The translations under genes and the position numbers were made by a program. Positions 8,910-19,519 of a stretch of DNA of 64,000 nt are shown here, piece after piece. How positions within the stretch are numbered: position 1 is the stretch's first letter; every line of letters starts with the position of its first letter. The stretch spans positions 914-64,913 of the forward strand of contig JAIRRC010000012.1 of NCBI GenBank assembly GCA_031256175.1, written 5' to 3'. The notes beneath the pieces are model-generated. The model made no database searches and was not told where the DNA came from. It saw nothing but the letters and a program-made list of their open reading frames with translations. This DNA is from Rickettsiales bacterium. GTDB taxonomy: Bacteria > Pseudomonadota > Alphaproteobacteria > Rs-D84.

Positions 8910-10178
8910 TTGACGGCACAGATAGTTTCCGTTTCAAGAAAAAAATACGCGGTCGGGCTTTTCTGGCAGCCCGTCGCCGCCGCGCACGCCGCCAAGGGCG
9001 TCGCCGAAAGAATCTCGAAGTCCGCGCCCCAGGCGAGATTCAGATACTATGCGCAATACAGGAACCTTGTCGGCCTTGGCAGTCCCGCGCTTAAACATTA
9101 TTCGGGCCTGTCCGCGCTTGCGCCCGAAGTCATGGAATCCTTCGGCGACGCGCCTTCCTTCGCCGCGGTTTTCAAGGTCGGCGGCGGATACTGGATGATT
9201 GCCGTCAGGAACGGAATAATCCTGTCCGACCAGGACAGGTTGTTCGCGGTCGAAAAGGACGCGCGCGAGGCATTCGACAAACTATTGCAGCTTCCCGACT
9301 GGTCGCTTAAAGTCGCGCCGGAATCCTGGGGGATAACGGGCGCCCAGGAACGGAATATCGACGACGTCATATCGGGCAAAGTCCGAAGCGCGCTGCGTCC
9401 GATTGGCGAAACTTCCGGCCTTATGTTGAAGCTGCTTGTTTTCGGCGCCGCCGCGATAGCGCTTGTGTATTTTTTCGAGGCGGACATAAACAGGTTCCTT
9501 TCGCCCGGGCCCGCCGCGTCCCAAATGACCGAGGAATCCGCCCGCTTGTATAAAGAGCAATTGGCGCTTATGAAATCCGACCTGGCCGCGCCTGAAACTA
9601 TTGCGCCGGCGGGTCCCGTCATGCCGTGGGAAACTATTCCGCCGGCGAACGAAGTCGCCGCCCTTTGCACCAAGGCCATCGCCTTCATAATGCAGCCGGT
9701 CTATGGCTGGAACGTCGTTTCCGCCGACTGCGCCAATGGAAAAATCCACGCGGTAATCCGCCGCGACTACGGCACCATCCAGGAATTATACGAAGCGGTC
9801 GGCGGCCTTATGCCCGGCGTGGAAATCAAGACTTCGGGCGCGGGCGGAAGCGATGCGGAATTGTCGGGAACCTGGCCGCTGGCCGCCGCCGTCGCGAATG
9901 CCCCGGCTGAAAACATCGCCGCTGTCGAGCGCCGCGTCCGCAGCGTCTTTCAAATGGCGAACATGCCGGCCGCCATTTCCGTCGGCAAGGAAATCGTCGC
10001 GTCCCAAGGCGGCGATGTCAAAAGGACCGCGGAATATGTCCTTGTCCGCGCCGATTCCAAAATCATGCCGGAAGAATTCATGAAATTCCTTGAAATCCCG
10101 GCCGTCGAATTGCTGTCGGTTTCATGGGACATGGGAAAAAGCCAATGGAGCTATGAGGTGAGGGTGTATGCTTTGTAA
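8910..10178 (+). CDS. Pilus biogenesis protein, R64 PilO-like by position and size (single TM segment)
   Basis: Plausible TTG start at 8910 with RBS cagggggaa, directly after the secretin stop; the ORF track gives an ATG at 8826 that overlaps the secretin. One hydrophobic segment LMLKLLVFGAAAIALVYFF. Size and position match R64 PilO / ICE pilO. Confidence 0.4.
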   Translation: MTAQIVSVSRKKYAVGLFWQPVAAAHAAKGVAERISKSAPQARFRYYAQYRNLVGLGSPALKHYSGLSALAPEVMESFGDAPSFAAVFKVGGGYWMIAVRNGIILSDQDRLFAVEKDAREAFDKLLQLPDWSLKVAPESWGITGAQERNIDDVISGKVRSALRPIGETSGLMLKLLVFGAAAIALVYFFEADINRFLSPGPAASQMTEESARLYKEQLALMKSDLAAPETIAPAGPVMPWETIPPANEVAALCTKAIAFIMQPVYGWNVVSADCANGKIHAVIRRDYGTIQELYEAVGGLMPGVEIKTSGAGGSDAELSGTWPLAAAVANAPAENIAAVERRVRSVFQMANMPAAISVGKEIVASQGGDVKRTAEYVLVRADSKIMPEEFMKFLEIPAVELLSVSWDMGKSQWSYEVRVYAL

Positions 10179-10797
10179 GAAATATTTGATTGCCGCGCTG
10201 CTGTCCGCGCTTGCCGCGCCGGTCTTCGCGGACGATATAAACCTGGACGAATTCGACGCCGAAGGTTCGGTCTTCCTTCGCATAACCGCGCTGGAACAGG
10301 ACAAGGTCCTGATGAGGCTTGAAAAGGAGCGCGCGCAGCTTGCGCTCGACCTAAGCCGCATAGAGGCCGAAAAGTCGCGCCTTGCCGGAAGCGAAAGCGC
10401 GCCCGCGGGCGACGCCTCGGCCGAGCTTGCCGCCCAGTTCGACGAAGAGCGCAGGAAGATGAACGAGGAATTGGAGCGTTTCCGCCGCCAGCTCGACGAA
10501 GTCAAAACCGCGCCGCGCGAACCTGCCGATGCGCCCGCCCGCGCCGCCGATGTCGCCGCGGCTTCGGACGACGGCGAATTCGACATAGCCGACCATTACC
10601 GCCTTGTTCACATAACCGGGACCGAAGGCAATCTTAAAGCCATGGTCGAAATCGTCGCGAACGGCCACAGGCAGCGCGTCGGCGAAGGCCACGCATTCGA
10701 CGGATTCGTCGTGCAGGGAATTTCAAGCGGCGATGGCGTTCGGCTGGAGCGGGACGGCGAAGTCTTCCAGCTTCGCATGGTGAACGCCGCGAGATAA
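10168..10797 (+). CDS. Pilus biogenesis protein, PilP-like (signal peptide, coiled coil, C-terminal beta domain)
   Basis: Signal peptide MLCKKYLIAALLSALAAPVFA, a coiled-coil stretch, and a C-terminal HR-like beta domain YRLVHITGTEGNLKAMVEIVANGHRQRVGEGHAFDGFVVQGI. The start overlaps the previous gene by 11 nt. Confidence 0.4.
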   Translation: MLCKKYLIAALLSALAAPVFADDINLDEFDAEGSVFLRITALEQDKVLMRLEKERAQLALDLSRIEAEKSRLAGSESAPAGDASAELAAQFDEERRKMNEELERFRRQLDEVKTAPREPADAPARAADVAAASDDGEFDIADHYRLVHITGTEGNLKAMVEIVANGHRQRVGEGHAFDGFVVQGISSGDGVRLERDGEVFQLRMVNAAR

Positions 10798-10824
10798 AAT
10801 AACGCCATAAGTGGGAGAGAGCGA

Positions 10825-12450
10825 GTGGCAATATCGGCTAAGAACATCATAAGGGATATGAAGGAATCCGTGCCTGCGCGCATGGCGGATTCCGATTCGA
10901 AAAAAATCGTGGAATATCTTTTTTCCGAAGGCAACCAATTGCTGACGGGATTCCGCGGGCGGCTCGAACTGCCCAAAGACACCCAGAATTTGATAGCTTA
11001 TTTTTCCGGCGGCGAATTGATAATTTCGCGCACGCACAGATACGACGGCCGCGTGCTTGCCTTCGTTTCATTGGCCCAGCGCGAAAATCTTCCCCTTAAA
11101 GAGCCGTTTTACAGCGACATGGGCCTGCTGTCCGCCATATACAAGCAGGGCGAGGGCGCTTCGGGCGCCGCCGCGAAATCCCGCCTTGACTACGACAACC
11201 AGATGCAAAAGGACTTCGTCGACATAGTCGCCAAGGCCGCTAGCGCGAAAGTGTCCGACATACATATCGAAGTCGCGAACCATACGACCATATATTTCCG
11301 GAAAGACGGCGGAATGCAGACCATGCTTGAATACAGCGCCGCCTGGGGCGAAAGCTTCATCCGCGCGGCCTTCGCAAGCGCCGACATATCGAGCAGCAAC
11401 TATGCCAAGAACGAATACCAAAGCGCGCAAAAAGACGGCAGGACCCCGCTTCGCGGAACCAAGGATTTATATCTTCCCGCCGGGGTCCTCGGCATCCGCA
11501 TGCAGTTCAATCCAATCGCTTTCGGCTCGCGCTATGTGGTCATGCGCCTTCTTTACGAGAACCCGAGCGAAGGCATTCGGATAGAGCAGGAATTCACCGA
11601 TTTCGAGCAGCGCCTGTTGGCGCGCCTGCGTTCCTTCCCGACCGGCCTTGTGATAGTCGCGGGCCCGACGTCCAGCGGTAAATCGACCACGCTTTTCCAG
11701 AACATGACCATGATGCTGGGCGAGCGCGACTATGAAATAAACTTGATAACCGTCGAAGACCCGGCGGAAAGAAAAATCTTCGGCAGTCGCCAGATGCCGG
11801 TCGTGAACGCCACGACCGAGGAAGCCCGCGACGAAAAATTCACCGAAGCCTTGGCCGCCGCTTTGCGAAGCGACCCGGACGTCCTGATGGTCGGCGAAAT
11901 CCGCACGCTTAGCGCGGCCGAGCTTACCTTGAAGGGCGCGCTTTCGGGACATTCCGTCTGGACGACGCTTCATGCGAATTCCGCGATAGGCGCGCTTAAC
12001 CGCCTTATCGACATGGGCGTCGAGGCCTTCAAACTTAAAGACGAAACCATGATGCGCGGCCTTATGTCCATGCGCCTGTTCAAGCAGCTTTGCCCGCACT
12101 GCAAGGAACCATTGGCGCGTCATCCCGAGCTTGCCGTTCATGCGCGCGCCCTGGATTATTTCGGCGAAACCGGACTTGCGCAGATTTTCATCCGCGGCCA
12201 TGGGTGCGAGCAATGCGGCGGCAAGGGCACCATCGGCCGCGTCAAAGCGGGCGAAATCGTTCTGTGCGACGGAAAAATTTTAGAGCTTGTCGCCAAGGGA
12301 AGCAAACTGGAAGCCCAGGATTATTGGCTGAACGCTTTGGGCGGGCGCACGCTTAAAGAAGCCGCCGGCGAGCTTATGCTTAAAGGCCGCGTCGGCGCGG
12401 ACGAGCTTGAACGCTGGGTCGGCCTTATAGACCAGCCGGGGATTTACTGA
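10825..12450 (+). CDS. Type II/IV secretion-system ATPase (GspE/PilB/TcpT/R64 PilQ family)
   Basis: GTG start with RBS gggagagag. Walker A GPTSSGKST, Asp box, Walker B DPDVLMVGEIR, His box GHSVWTTLHANSA, and the tetracysteine motif CPHC...CEQC. Confidence 0.9.
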   Translation: MAISAKNIIRDMKESVPARMADSDSKKIVEYLFSEGNQLLTGFRGRLELPKDTQNLIAYFSGGELIISRTHRYDGRVLAFVSLAQRENLPLKEPFYSDMGLLSAIYKQGEGASGAAAKSRLDYDNQMQKDFVDIVAKAASAKVSDIHIEVANHTTIYFRKDGGMQTMLEYSAAWGESFIRAAFASADISSSNYAKNEYQSAQKDGRTPLRGTKDLYLPAGVLGIRMQFNPIAFGSRYVVMRLLYENPSEGIRIEQEFTDFEQRLLARLRSFPTGLVIVAGPTSSGKSTTLFQNMTMMLGERDYEINLITVEDPAERKIFGSRQMPVVNATTEEARDEKFTEALAAALRSDPDVLMVGEIRTLSAAELTLKGALSGHSVWTTLHANSAIGALNRLIDMGVEAFKLKDETMMRGLMSMRLFKQLCPHCKEPLARHPELAVHARALDYFGETGLAQIFIRGHGCEQCGGKGTIGRVKAGEIVLCDGKILELVAKGSKLEAQDYWLNALGGRTLKEAAGELMLKGRVGADELERWVGLIDQPGIY

Positions 12451-13523
12451 TGGCGACCAAGCTCGATATAATTTATTCGAAAATCATGTTCCGGTTCGAT
12501 ACGGCGAAGCGCCTTAACGCGTATCGGAAATTGTCGTCGCTGCTTCGGAACGATTTCACCTTGATTGAATCGTTGGACCGGCTTGTCGCGATAGAAAGCC
12601 GCGAGGGGAAAAAACCCAGCGAGCCCTTCGCCGTCGCTTACGCCGACTGGCAGGCCAAGCTGGAACGCGGATACACTTTTTCCGAAGCCATATCCGGCTG
12701 GGCGCCCGAGATAGAAGTCCTTATGCTTTCGGCGTCCGACATTTCGAAGCTTTGGGTCGCGCTTGAAAACGCCGTCAGGGTGGTCGAGGGCGGAAATAAA
12801 ATCAGCGGCGCGTTGGTGTCGGCGCTTTCCTATCCTTTGTTTTTGCTGGCCGCGACATTCGCGATAGTCGTCATGGTCGGGACGTATTTACTGCCGCCCA
12901 TGCTGGAAGCCGCGGGCAGGGACGTCATATGGCGCGGCGCCGCGCGCACCCTTGTAAGCGTGTCGGAATTCTTCGGCGCGAACTGGATTGTCATGGCGGG
13001 CGGGCTTGTCGGCGCCGCGGCATTGATTGCGTTTTCCATGCCGGTTATGCGCGGTCGCCTGCGGACCATGCTGGACAATATTCCGCCCTGGTCGCTTTAT
13101 AAGATTTCCGCAAGCGCCGGCTGGCTGGTGAGTCTTGCGTCGCTTATCAAGGCGGGCGCGACATTGCCCGAAGCGCTTAAAATGATGTCGCAGAATTCGA
13201 ACGGCTATCTGGCCGATGTGTCGGACAAGGCGCTTAACAATGTTATCGCCGGGCACAATCTCGGCGACGCTTTGGACGCCGCAGGTTTGCATTTCCCGAA
13301 CGATGAAATCATAGGCGATTTGAAAATCTATGCGGACATGGACGAATTCGACAAGAACCTTATGAATGTCGCGACTGAATACATGGATAATTCCGTCAAA
13401 AGCATAGAAACGACGGCGAACCTTTTGAATTCGATAGGCGTGCTTCTGATTTCGGTCGTCATAGCGTGGGTCGTCTTCGGCACCTTCGAAATGCAGGACC
13501 AAGTCGCCGCCGCTATCAGCTGA
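12450..13523 (+). CDS. Inner-membrane platform protein (GspF/PilC/TcpE/R64 PilR family)
   Basis: 357 aa with three hydrophobic segments in the GspF-like arrangement. The start overlaps the ATPase stop (TGATG). Confidence 0.7.
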   Translation: MATKLDIIYSKIMFRFDTAKRLNAYRKLSSLLRNDFTLIESLDRLVAIESREGKKPSEPFAVAYADWQAKLERGYTFSEAISGWAPEIEVLMLSASDISKLWVALENAVRVVEGGNKISGALVSALSYPLFLLAATFAIVVMVGTYLLPPMLEAAGRDVIWRGAARTLVSVSEFFGANWIVMAGGLVGAAALIAFSMPVMRGRLRTMLDNIPPWSLYKISASAGWLVSLASLIKAGATLPEALKMMSQNSNGYLADVSDKALNNVIAGHNLGDALDAAGLHFPNDEIIGDLKIYADMDEFDKNLMNVATEYMDNSVKSIETTANLLNSIGVLLISVVIAWVVFGTFEMQDQVAAAIS

Positions 13524-15998
13524 TTATTTCGCCCTTATATAATCCGGGTCGATGGCGCGAAGCGCTTCCGCCTCGTCGAACTTGGCGCCTTTTGGCGTCG
13601 CTATGACGCTTAGCGGACGTGATTCGGAAGACGAATTCCTGAACAGAATCTGCATGGACGCGCCCGTGCCTTCCGCCATGACGGCGGCGTCCCCGGAGAT
13701 TGTCGCGCTGTCCGTTTTAAGGACGAAGGGCGCGCTTGATATGATTTCGCTTCCGCTTATGCGCACCGGAATCGAAAGGGTCTTGATTTCCATCGACGCT
13801 TTGGGCGAAAACGCCCTTTCCAAAAATTCGCCTATATTCGCGCGGGTCAGGCCCTTGCCGAATATCTGGCGCGTGTCTATGCCGACGATTTTTCCGCCGG
13901 TTATGCTTATGTCCGCGCTGCCCTCCATATTTTCCGATATGTCGTTCGCGACCAGGCCGAATGTCGTAAGCAGCGCTTCGCCGGTTATGCTCGCGTCCAT
14001 GATGTCAAGGCCGAGTCTGCCGATAAGCGCGCCCGGAACGGCAAAGCCGCTTGCCTTGGCCGAAATTTCGAATTCGCTTCCGCCGCGCCGCGTTATTTCG
14101 GCGAAGCCCGTGCCGCCGCCCGTGCTTTCCACTGAAATTTTCTGCACGTTTCCGGCCTTGGAGAATACAAGGTTCTTGTATTCCTGTCCGTCGAATATCA
14201 CGACCTTGTCGGCGACCAATGAAAAATCGGGGGCGATTTTGAACAGGCCCATAAGCGGCGCCTGGTGCAGAAACTGCATTTGCTCGTAATTCATAATCCA
14301 ATGGTTCGAAAGCAGGGTGTCGATGTTAAGCTCCGCCGTTTTGAACGCGAAGCTTGTGTCCGCGCCGCGGCCGTAAATCGTCTGCGCGAAAACGCCCTTT
14401 GTCGTAAGCCGCAGGTTCTCGAAGTTTCCAAGCCTGTATTCGCCGGAAAAATCGAATCCTATGCCGCTTTTCATGAAGGCGGTGTCGAAGCCCGGGAACA
14501 TAAGCTGCAATGTTTCCGCCAGGTCGGCGCCCGACAAGACGAATCGGATTTCGCCGCCGGATTCATAGAGCGCGACGCCCATGTTTTCGCTTTTGACGAA
14601 AAGCGTCTGGTCTTTTCCGTCCGTTTCCGCGGTTATCTCGCCCTTGAATTTGGCGCGAAGCGCGGCTGGGATTTTTTCGATTGCGCTCATCTTGAACGGG
14701 ATTTCGGCCAAGGTCCCGGATATATTCCTGTATTTGTGCGAAGCGCCCGCGCGGCTGGCCTTATAGAATCCGATTGTGTCCGAAAGGATTATATGGATGT
14801 CGCCCGCGGCTTCCTTCTTGATTTTTTTTATGACGGCGGCGGTGTCCTGGCCTTCGGTCTTTTCCAGCCAAACCATAAGGCCGCCTTCCCCCATCCCTGC
14901 GCTGCCGGATATGCGCAGGTTTTCCGTATTGATGGAAAGCCCGTTGCAGCCCCAGTCGTCCGCCGATTTCCAGGACAGCGAATTGCACCTGATGGAAACC
15001 GGTTCCGCTATGCCGATTATATCGCTTCCGTCTTTCTTGTATAGGGATACTTCGATGTCCTTCGGCAGTCCGTCCTTCAATTTTCCGCGCGCGCGGAGCG
15101 AAAAATCCTCGCCCTGGATTTCGGCCTTTTGGATTTCGTCCCCGTTCGCGCGGATTTCGAATTTCCTGATTGTCCGCTCGCCGAATTTGAATTTTCCCTC
15201 GCCCGAGATATTGACCGAAGCGGCGGCCGGCGCGCTTTCAAGTATGCCCAAATCGCCCTCTATCATCGTAAGGTCGAGCGTCGATGTTTTTCCGAATGTC
15301 GCATTGCCCTTCATGATGGTGTCGGTGGACGACAGCGTCATGTCGGTAAGTTTCAGGGAATTTTCGGACAGGACGAAATTCGCGTCTATGCCGAGTGGCC
15401 GCGCCGCGGCCGCGCCGAAGCTGTATCCGAAGCCCTGCAAAAATTCTTCAAGATTCGGAAAGCTGCCGCGGAAATGCCCCGCCGCCGTTGTCTTGCCGCC
15501 CGAAAATTTATAGTCGAATTCGGTTTCGAGCGACAGGGCGGAGTTTTCTATCTTGGCGCGCCCGTCCTTTATATCGGCCGTGAACCGCCTGTCGTTATGG
15601 ACGAAGGAACCGGTGAACCGCCGCCCGTCCAAAGTCAGGCGCCCGTTTATGTTTTTGAAGTCGCCGAAGATGGCGCCGCGCACCGACACCGCGCCTGGCA
15701 CCGATATATTGGCCGGATTCAAAAAGTCCGTTATCCTTATCGGGAACTGGACGCTTTCGGCCCGGATGTCCCCGGCCGACACAAGGTGCGCGCGCAAGAT
15801 GGGCCGCGGCAATAATGTTATCCGGACCGCGCCGTCTATCTTCGCGTCCCTTCCTGATTGCTCGGATATGGCGGCGGCGAGACCCGGTTTAAGATACGAA
15901 AAGTCCATAAATGCCGGGAAGATTAGGATACTAATCCCAACGGCGGCGATGATTAGGGTCGAAAACCAGATTATCCGGGCGCGGGTTTTGCGTTTCAT
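13524..15998 (-). CDS. AsmA-family protein (N-terminal TM anchor, large periplasmic domain)
   Basis: Trimmed to the internal start MKRKTRARIIWFSTLIIAAVGISILIF, a TM anchor preceded by an RBS-like sequence. Length and composition are typical of AsmA/TamB-like proteins. The first 88 codons of the tracked ORF read as non-coding. Confidence 0.65.
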   Translation of the reverse strand: MKRKTRARIIWFSTLIIAAVGISILIFPAFMDFSYLKPGLAAAISEQSGRDAKIDGAVRITLLPRPILRAHLVSAGDIRAESVQFPIRITDFLNPANISVPGAVSVRGAIFGDFKNINGRLTLDGRRFTGSFVHNDRRFTADIKDGRAKIENSALSLETEFDYKFSGGKTTAAGHFRGSFPNLEEFLQGFGYSFGAAAARPLGIDANFVLSENSLKLTDMTLSSTDTIMKGNATFGKTSTLDLTMIEGDLGILESAPAAASVNISGEGKFKFGERTIRKFEIRANGDEIQKAEIQGEDFSLRARGKLKDGLPKDIEVSLYKKDGSDIIGIAEPVSIRCNSLSWKSADDWGCNGLSINTENLRISGSAGMGEGGLMVWLEKTEGQDTAAVIKKIKKEAAGDIHIILSDTIGFYKASRAGASHKYRNISGTLAEIPFKMSAIEKIPAALRAKFKGEITAETDGKDQTLFVKSENMGVALYESGGEIRFVLSGADLAETLQLMFPGFDTAFMKSGIGFDFSGEYRLGNFENLRLTTKGVFAQTIYGRGADTSFAFKTAELNIDTLLSNHWIMNYEQMQFLHQAPLMGLFKIAPDFSLVADKVVIFDGQEYKNLVFSKAGNVQKISVESTGGGTGFAEITRRGGSEFEISAKASGFAVPGALIGRLGLDIMDASITGEALLTTFGLVANDISENMEGSADISITGGKIVGIDTRQIFGKGLTRANIGEFLERAFSPKASMEIKTLSIPVRISGSEIISSAPFVLKTDSATISGDAAVMAEGTGASMQILFRNSSSESRPLSVIATPKGAKFDEAEALRAIDPDYIRAK

Positions 15999-16047
15999 AT
16001 TCCTCTCTCTTGATTTATAAGTATAACACATTAGTATATAGGGAACA

Positions 16048-18030
16048 ATGTTTGAATTGAAATCCGCATTTTCACCGACGGGCGACCAGCCCGCAGCAAT
16101 CAAGGAATTGACAGACGGCCTGATAGCGGGCAAACGCGACCAGACGCTTCTTGGGGTTACGGGTTCGGGCAAGACCTTCACCATGGCGAATATAATCGCG
16201 AACCTTGACCGGCCGGCGCTTGTCATGGCGCCGAATAAAATCCTGGCCGCCCAGCTGTTCACCGAAATGAAATCGTTCTTTCCGAAGAACCATGTCGAAT
16301 ACTTCGTGTCCTATTACGATTACTACCAGCCCGAGGCATACGTCCCGACGACCGACACTTATATAGACAAGGACGCCGCGATAAATTCGGATTTGGAGCG
16401 CATGAGGCATTCCGCGACCCGCTCGCTTTTGGAATACCGCGATACGATTGTGGTTTCGTCGGTTTCGTCGATTTACGGCCTTGGCGACCCGGCCGAGTAT
16501 AAATCGATGTGCCGGACTTTTTCGGTCGGGCAGAAAATCGAAATGATGAAAATGCTGATGGAGCTTGTGGCGCTTCAATACAAAAGGAACGACATAGGCT
16601 TTTCCCGCGGCGACTTCATGGTTTCCGGCGACGCGGTCCAGATTTTTCCGCCCCATTCCGAAGACCGCTGCGTCCGCGTTTCATTCTTCGGCGACGAGAT
16701 AGAGGCCATCTATGAAATCGACGGCCTTACCGGAAAAACCATCGCCCAGGTCGGCCATATTTCCGTTTATCCGAACAGCCATTATGCGACGGAAAATTCC
16801 ATAATAACGAACGCTATAAAAAGCATCCGCGTCGAATTGGCCGACCGCCTTGCCTGGCTTGCGGAGAACAAAAAATTGCTGGAAGAACAGCGCCTTAAAG
16901 AGCGCACCAATTTCGATTTGGAAATGATGTCGGCGACGGGAACCTGCAAGGGGATAGAGAATTATTCGCGCTATCTTTCCGGCCGCGCGCCCGGCGAAGC
17001 GCCGCCTACGCTTTTCGAATATCTTCCCAAAGATTCGCTTCTGTTCATCGACGAATCGCACGTGTCGGTTCCGCAAATCGGCGCGATGTATAAGGGCGAC
17101 CGGTCGCGGAAGCAAACGCTTGTGGATTACGGCTTCCGTTTGCCCAGCGCGCTTGACAACCGCCCCATGAAGTTCGAGGAATGGGACGCCATAAGGCCGC
17201 AGACCATTTATGTATCCGCGACGCCGAACGATTATGAAATCGGATTGTCGAAAGGCGTCGTCGCCGAACAGGTAATCCGCCCGACCGGACTTCTCGACCC
17301 GGTGTGCGAAATAAGGCCGACCGCGTCCCAGGTGGACGACCTGCTTGGCGAATGCAAAAAAGTCGCGGCGAACGGGGGCAGGGTGCTGATTACCACCCTT
17401 ACCAAAAAGATGGCGGAACAGCTTACGGAATACCTTGCGGAAAACGGAATCCGCGCGCGCTATCTTCATTCGGACGTCGAAACATTGGAGCGCATAGAAT
17501 TGATTCGGCAGTTGCGCGCGGGCGATTACGACGTCTTGGTCGGAATCAATCTATTGCGCGAAGGGCTGGACATTCCCGAATGCGAGCTTGTCGCGATTAT
17601 GGACGCGGACAAGGAAGGGTTCTTGCGTTCGGCGCGCTCGCTGATTCAGACGATAGGCCGCGCGGCGCGGAACGCGGACGGCCGCGTGATTCTTTATGCC
17701 GATACCGAAACGCGAAGCATGAAGGATGCATTGGCGGAAACTTCGCGCCGGCGCGAAAAGCAGATGGCTTATAATAAGGCGAACAATATAACGCCGAAAA
17801 CCATAACCAAAACCATCTTCGATAAAATCGGCGAAGATTTGAAAGACCGCAAAAAGACCCGGTATATCTATACGCAAAAAGGCGCGCTTACGGCGGACGA
17901 CGTGAAGAAGGAAATCGCGGCGCTTGCGAAACAGATGAAGAAATTGGCCGAAGATTTGGAGTTCGAGCGCGCCGGACTAGTCCGCGACCGATTGAATTCT
18001 CTTAAAGAGGATTTATTGTATTTGGAATAA
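16048..18030 (+). CDS. uvrB: Excinuclease ABC subunit B
   Basis: 660 aa. Helicase Walker [10 protein letters not shown], the beta-hairpin region, and a C-terminal UVR coiled-coil domain. Confidence 0.95.
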   Translation: MFELKSAFSPTGDQPAAIKELTDGLIAGKRDQTLLGVTGSGKTFTMANIIANLDRPALVMAPNKILAAQLFTEMKSFFPKNHVEYFVSYYDYYQPEAYVPTTDTYIDKDAAINSDLERMRHSATRSLLEYRDTIVVSSVSSIYGLGDPAEYKSMCRTFSVGQKIEMMKMLMELVALQYKRNDIGFSRGDFMVSGDAVQIFPPHSEDRCVRVSFFGDEIEAIYEIDGLTGKTIAQVGHISVYPNSHYATENSIITNAIKSIRVELADRLAWLAENKKLLEEQRLKERTNFDLEMMSATGTCKGIENYSRYLSGRAPGEAPPTLFEYLPKDSLLFIDESHVSVPQIGAMYKGDRSRKQTLVDYGFRLPSALDNRPMKFEEWDAIRPQTIYVSATPNDYEIGLSKGVVAEQVIRPTGLLDPVCEIRPTASQVDDLLGECKKVAANGGRVLITTLTKKMAEQLTEYLAENGIRARYLHSDVETLERIELIRQLRAGDYDVLVGINLLREGLDIPECELVAIMDADKEGFLRSARSLIQTIGRAARNADGRVILYADTETRSMKDALAETSRRREKQMAYNKANNITPKTITKTIFDKIGEDLKDRKKTRYIYTQKGALTADDVKKEIAALAKQMKKLAEDLEFERAGLVRDRLNSLKEDLLYLE

Positions 18031-18036
18031 TCCATT

Positions 18037-18062
18037 GTCATTCCGACCTTCGTCGGAATGAC
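18037..18062. repeat. Palindromic element GTCATTCCGAC-CTTC-GTCGGAATGAC (family copy)
   Basis: Perfect 11-bp inverted repeat. A 23-nt identical core recurs at 33459-33481, and related copies lie at 41613-41636 and 45123-45146. Confidence 0.75.
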
Positions 18063-18162
18063 TAGGGTGGTTTGTTAGGCGCAAGCGGCCGGGAATGGCG
18101 GACGAATTCATACCTATCGAAAAAAATTTCCTTGCATATATAATGCGGGCAGAGGTGATGCC

Positions 18163-18426
18163 ATGAGGAAGATTTTTTTTATATCGATTATATTTTCAAG
18201 TTTTATAGTCTTGGGGGCTCGCGCCGAAGATTCTGACTGCGGCGAGGGGATGTATTCGTTCGAAAATATGTGCATAGACCGGAAGCATGCTTACGCATTG
18301 GCCGGGACGGAATGCGCGATAGACGCGGAAGACGCCGACATGGGCGAGGCGCGCCTCGGCGTATACGCGGTGAATGAAAACTCGGTCGAATGCGTGGAAT
18401 TATGGCAGGGCCAGCTGCCGGAATAA
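18163..18426 (+). CDS. Small secreted cysteine-containing protein, unknown function
   Basis: Signal peptide MRKIFFISIIFSSFIVLGARA and four Cys residues. 87 aa. Confidence 0.4.
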   Translation: MRKIFFISIIFSSFIVLGARAEDSDCGEGMYSFENMCIDRKHAYALAGTECAIDAEDADMGEARLGVYAVNENSVECVELWQGQLPE

Positions 18427-18429
18427 AAA

Positions 18430-19056
18430 CTATTTCGGATTGTAGCCGAAGATGTCGCGCTCGCCCCAGTCCAGGTCGAGAAGCACGCGCGTCTTCAAAA
18501 ATTCGAAGCAGCTTTGGGCCAGCGCGGCGCGGTTCTTGTCCCGCAGTCCGTCTTCCAGAACTTTCTTCAAATCGTGCAGGTGAAGCACGTCTTCCGCCGC
18601 ATAGGCCTGCTGCTGTTCGTTCAAATCCAGGCTCCAATCCGACATGCATTCCTTCTTGTCCAACTCGATTTTGAAAATCTCGCGCAGGGAATTCGCAAGG
18701 GTGTGCCCGCCCTTTGGCCGCGCGAGCAGGACGCCGATTTTCGTGCAGAAAACCGGTGTGGCCCAGACGCCCAGGTATTTGTAAATCATCAGCAAATCCA
18801 TCCGCGCATAATGGAAAATCTTCGCCGAATTCGGGTTCGACAGAACCTTCGCAAGGTTCGGATACCGCAATTCGTCCCGCATCTGGACCAGATAAACATC
18901 CGGGCCGGCGCCCTTAATCTGCACAAGCCAAAGCCGGTCGGTCTTCACGTTCAGGCCGCTTAGCTCGGTATCGACCGCGAGTTCGGGCTCGGCCATAAGC
19001 GCGGCGGTTTCGGCTTCGTTCAGGTCGCGCCGAAGATAATTTATTCTAGGCGGCAT
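18430..19056 (-). CDS. 3'-5' exonuclease, short RNase D-like (DEDDy family)
   Basis: Exo motif pattern (DTE...; Y..D region HYARMDLL). About 200 aa, as in the short alphaproteobacterial RNase D homologues. Confidence 0.6.
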   Translation of the reverse strand: MPPRINYLRRDLNEAETAALMAEPELAVDTELSGLNVKTDRLWLVQIKGAGPDVYLVQMRDELRYPNLAKVLSNPNSAKIFHYARMDLLMIYKYLGVWATPVFCTKIGVLLARPKGGHTLANSLREIFKIELDKKECMSDWSLDLNEQQQAYAAEDVLHLHDLKKVLEDGLRDKNRAALAQSCFEFLKTRVLLDLDWGERDIFGYNPK

Positions 19057-19483
19057 CCTTCATCCTTTTCAAAAATTCGTCCAGCACCACAAGCGCCGCG
19101 ACGCTGTCCGACTTGCCCTTTTGCTGTTTCGTATTAAGGCCCGCCTCGTGAAGCAAATCTTCCGCCGCCTTGCTGCTTAAATGCTCGTCGTAAAGCAGAA
19201 TCGGCGTGTCGGTCCGGGCGGCGAGCGACGCTGCGAAAGCCCGAATCTCGTCCGCGGTTTTGCCCGCCGGCGGCAGGCCGACCAGGATTCCGACAACGTT
19301 GTCTTCCGCGGCCGTCCGCGCGATTTGCGCCGCGTCCGGCGAAACTTGCGGACGCGGGAACGTCCATTCGCGGGCGGCGTCCGATATGGCGATTCCTGTG
19401 CGCGCGGCGCCCCAATCGACCGCCATGATTTTCCCGCTTGGCGGCAGTTTTCCTATAAAATCCTTGAAATCCGAATATATCAA
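19046..19483 (-). CDS. ruvX: Putative Holliday-junction resolvase / pre-16S rRNA nuclease YqgF/RuvX
   Basis: RNase H-like motif MAVDWGAARTGIAISD; about 145 aa. Confidence 0.75.
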   Translation of the reverse strand: MIYSDFKDFIGKLPPSGKIMAVDWGAARTGIAISDAAREWTFPRPQVSPDAAQIARTAAEDNVVGILVGLPPAGKTADEIRAFAASLAARTDTPILLYDEHLSSKAAEDLLHEAGLNTKQQKGKSDSVAALVVLDEFLKRMKDAA

Positions 19484-19519
19484 TGTTATATTCCCATAGC
19501 TTGTTTATAAGGATATATT

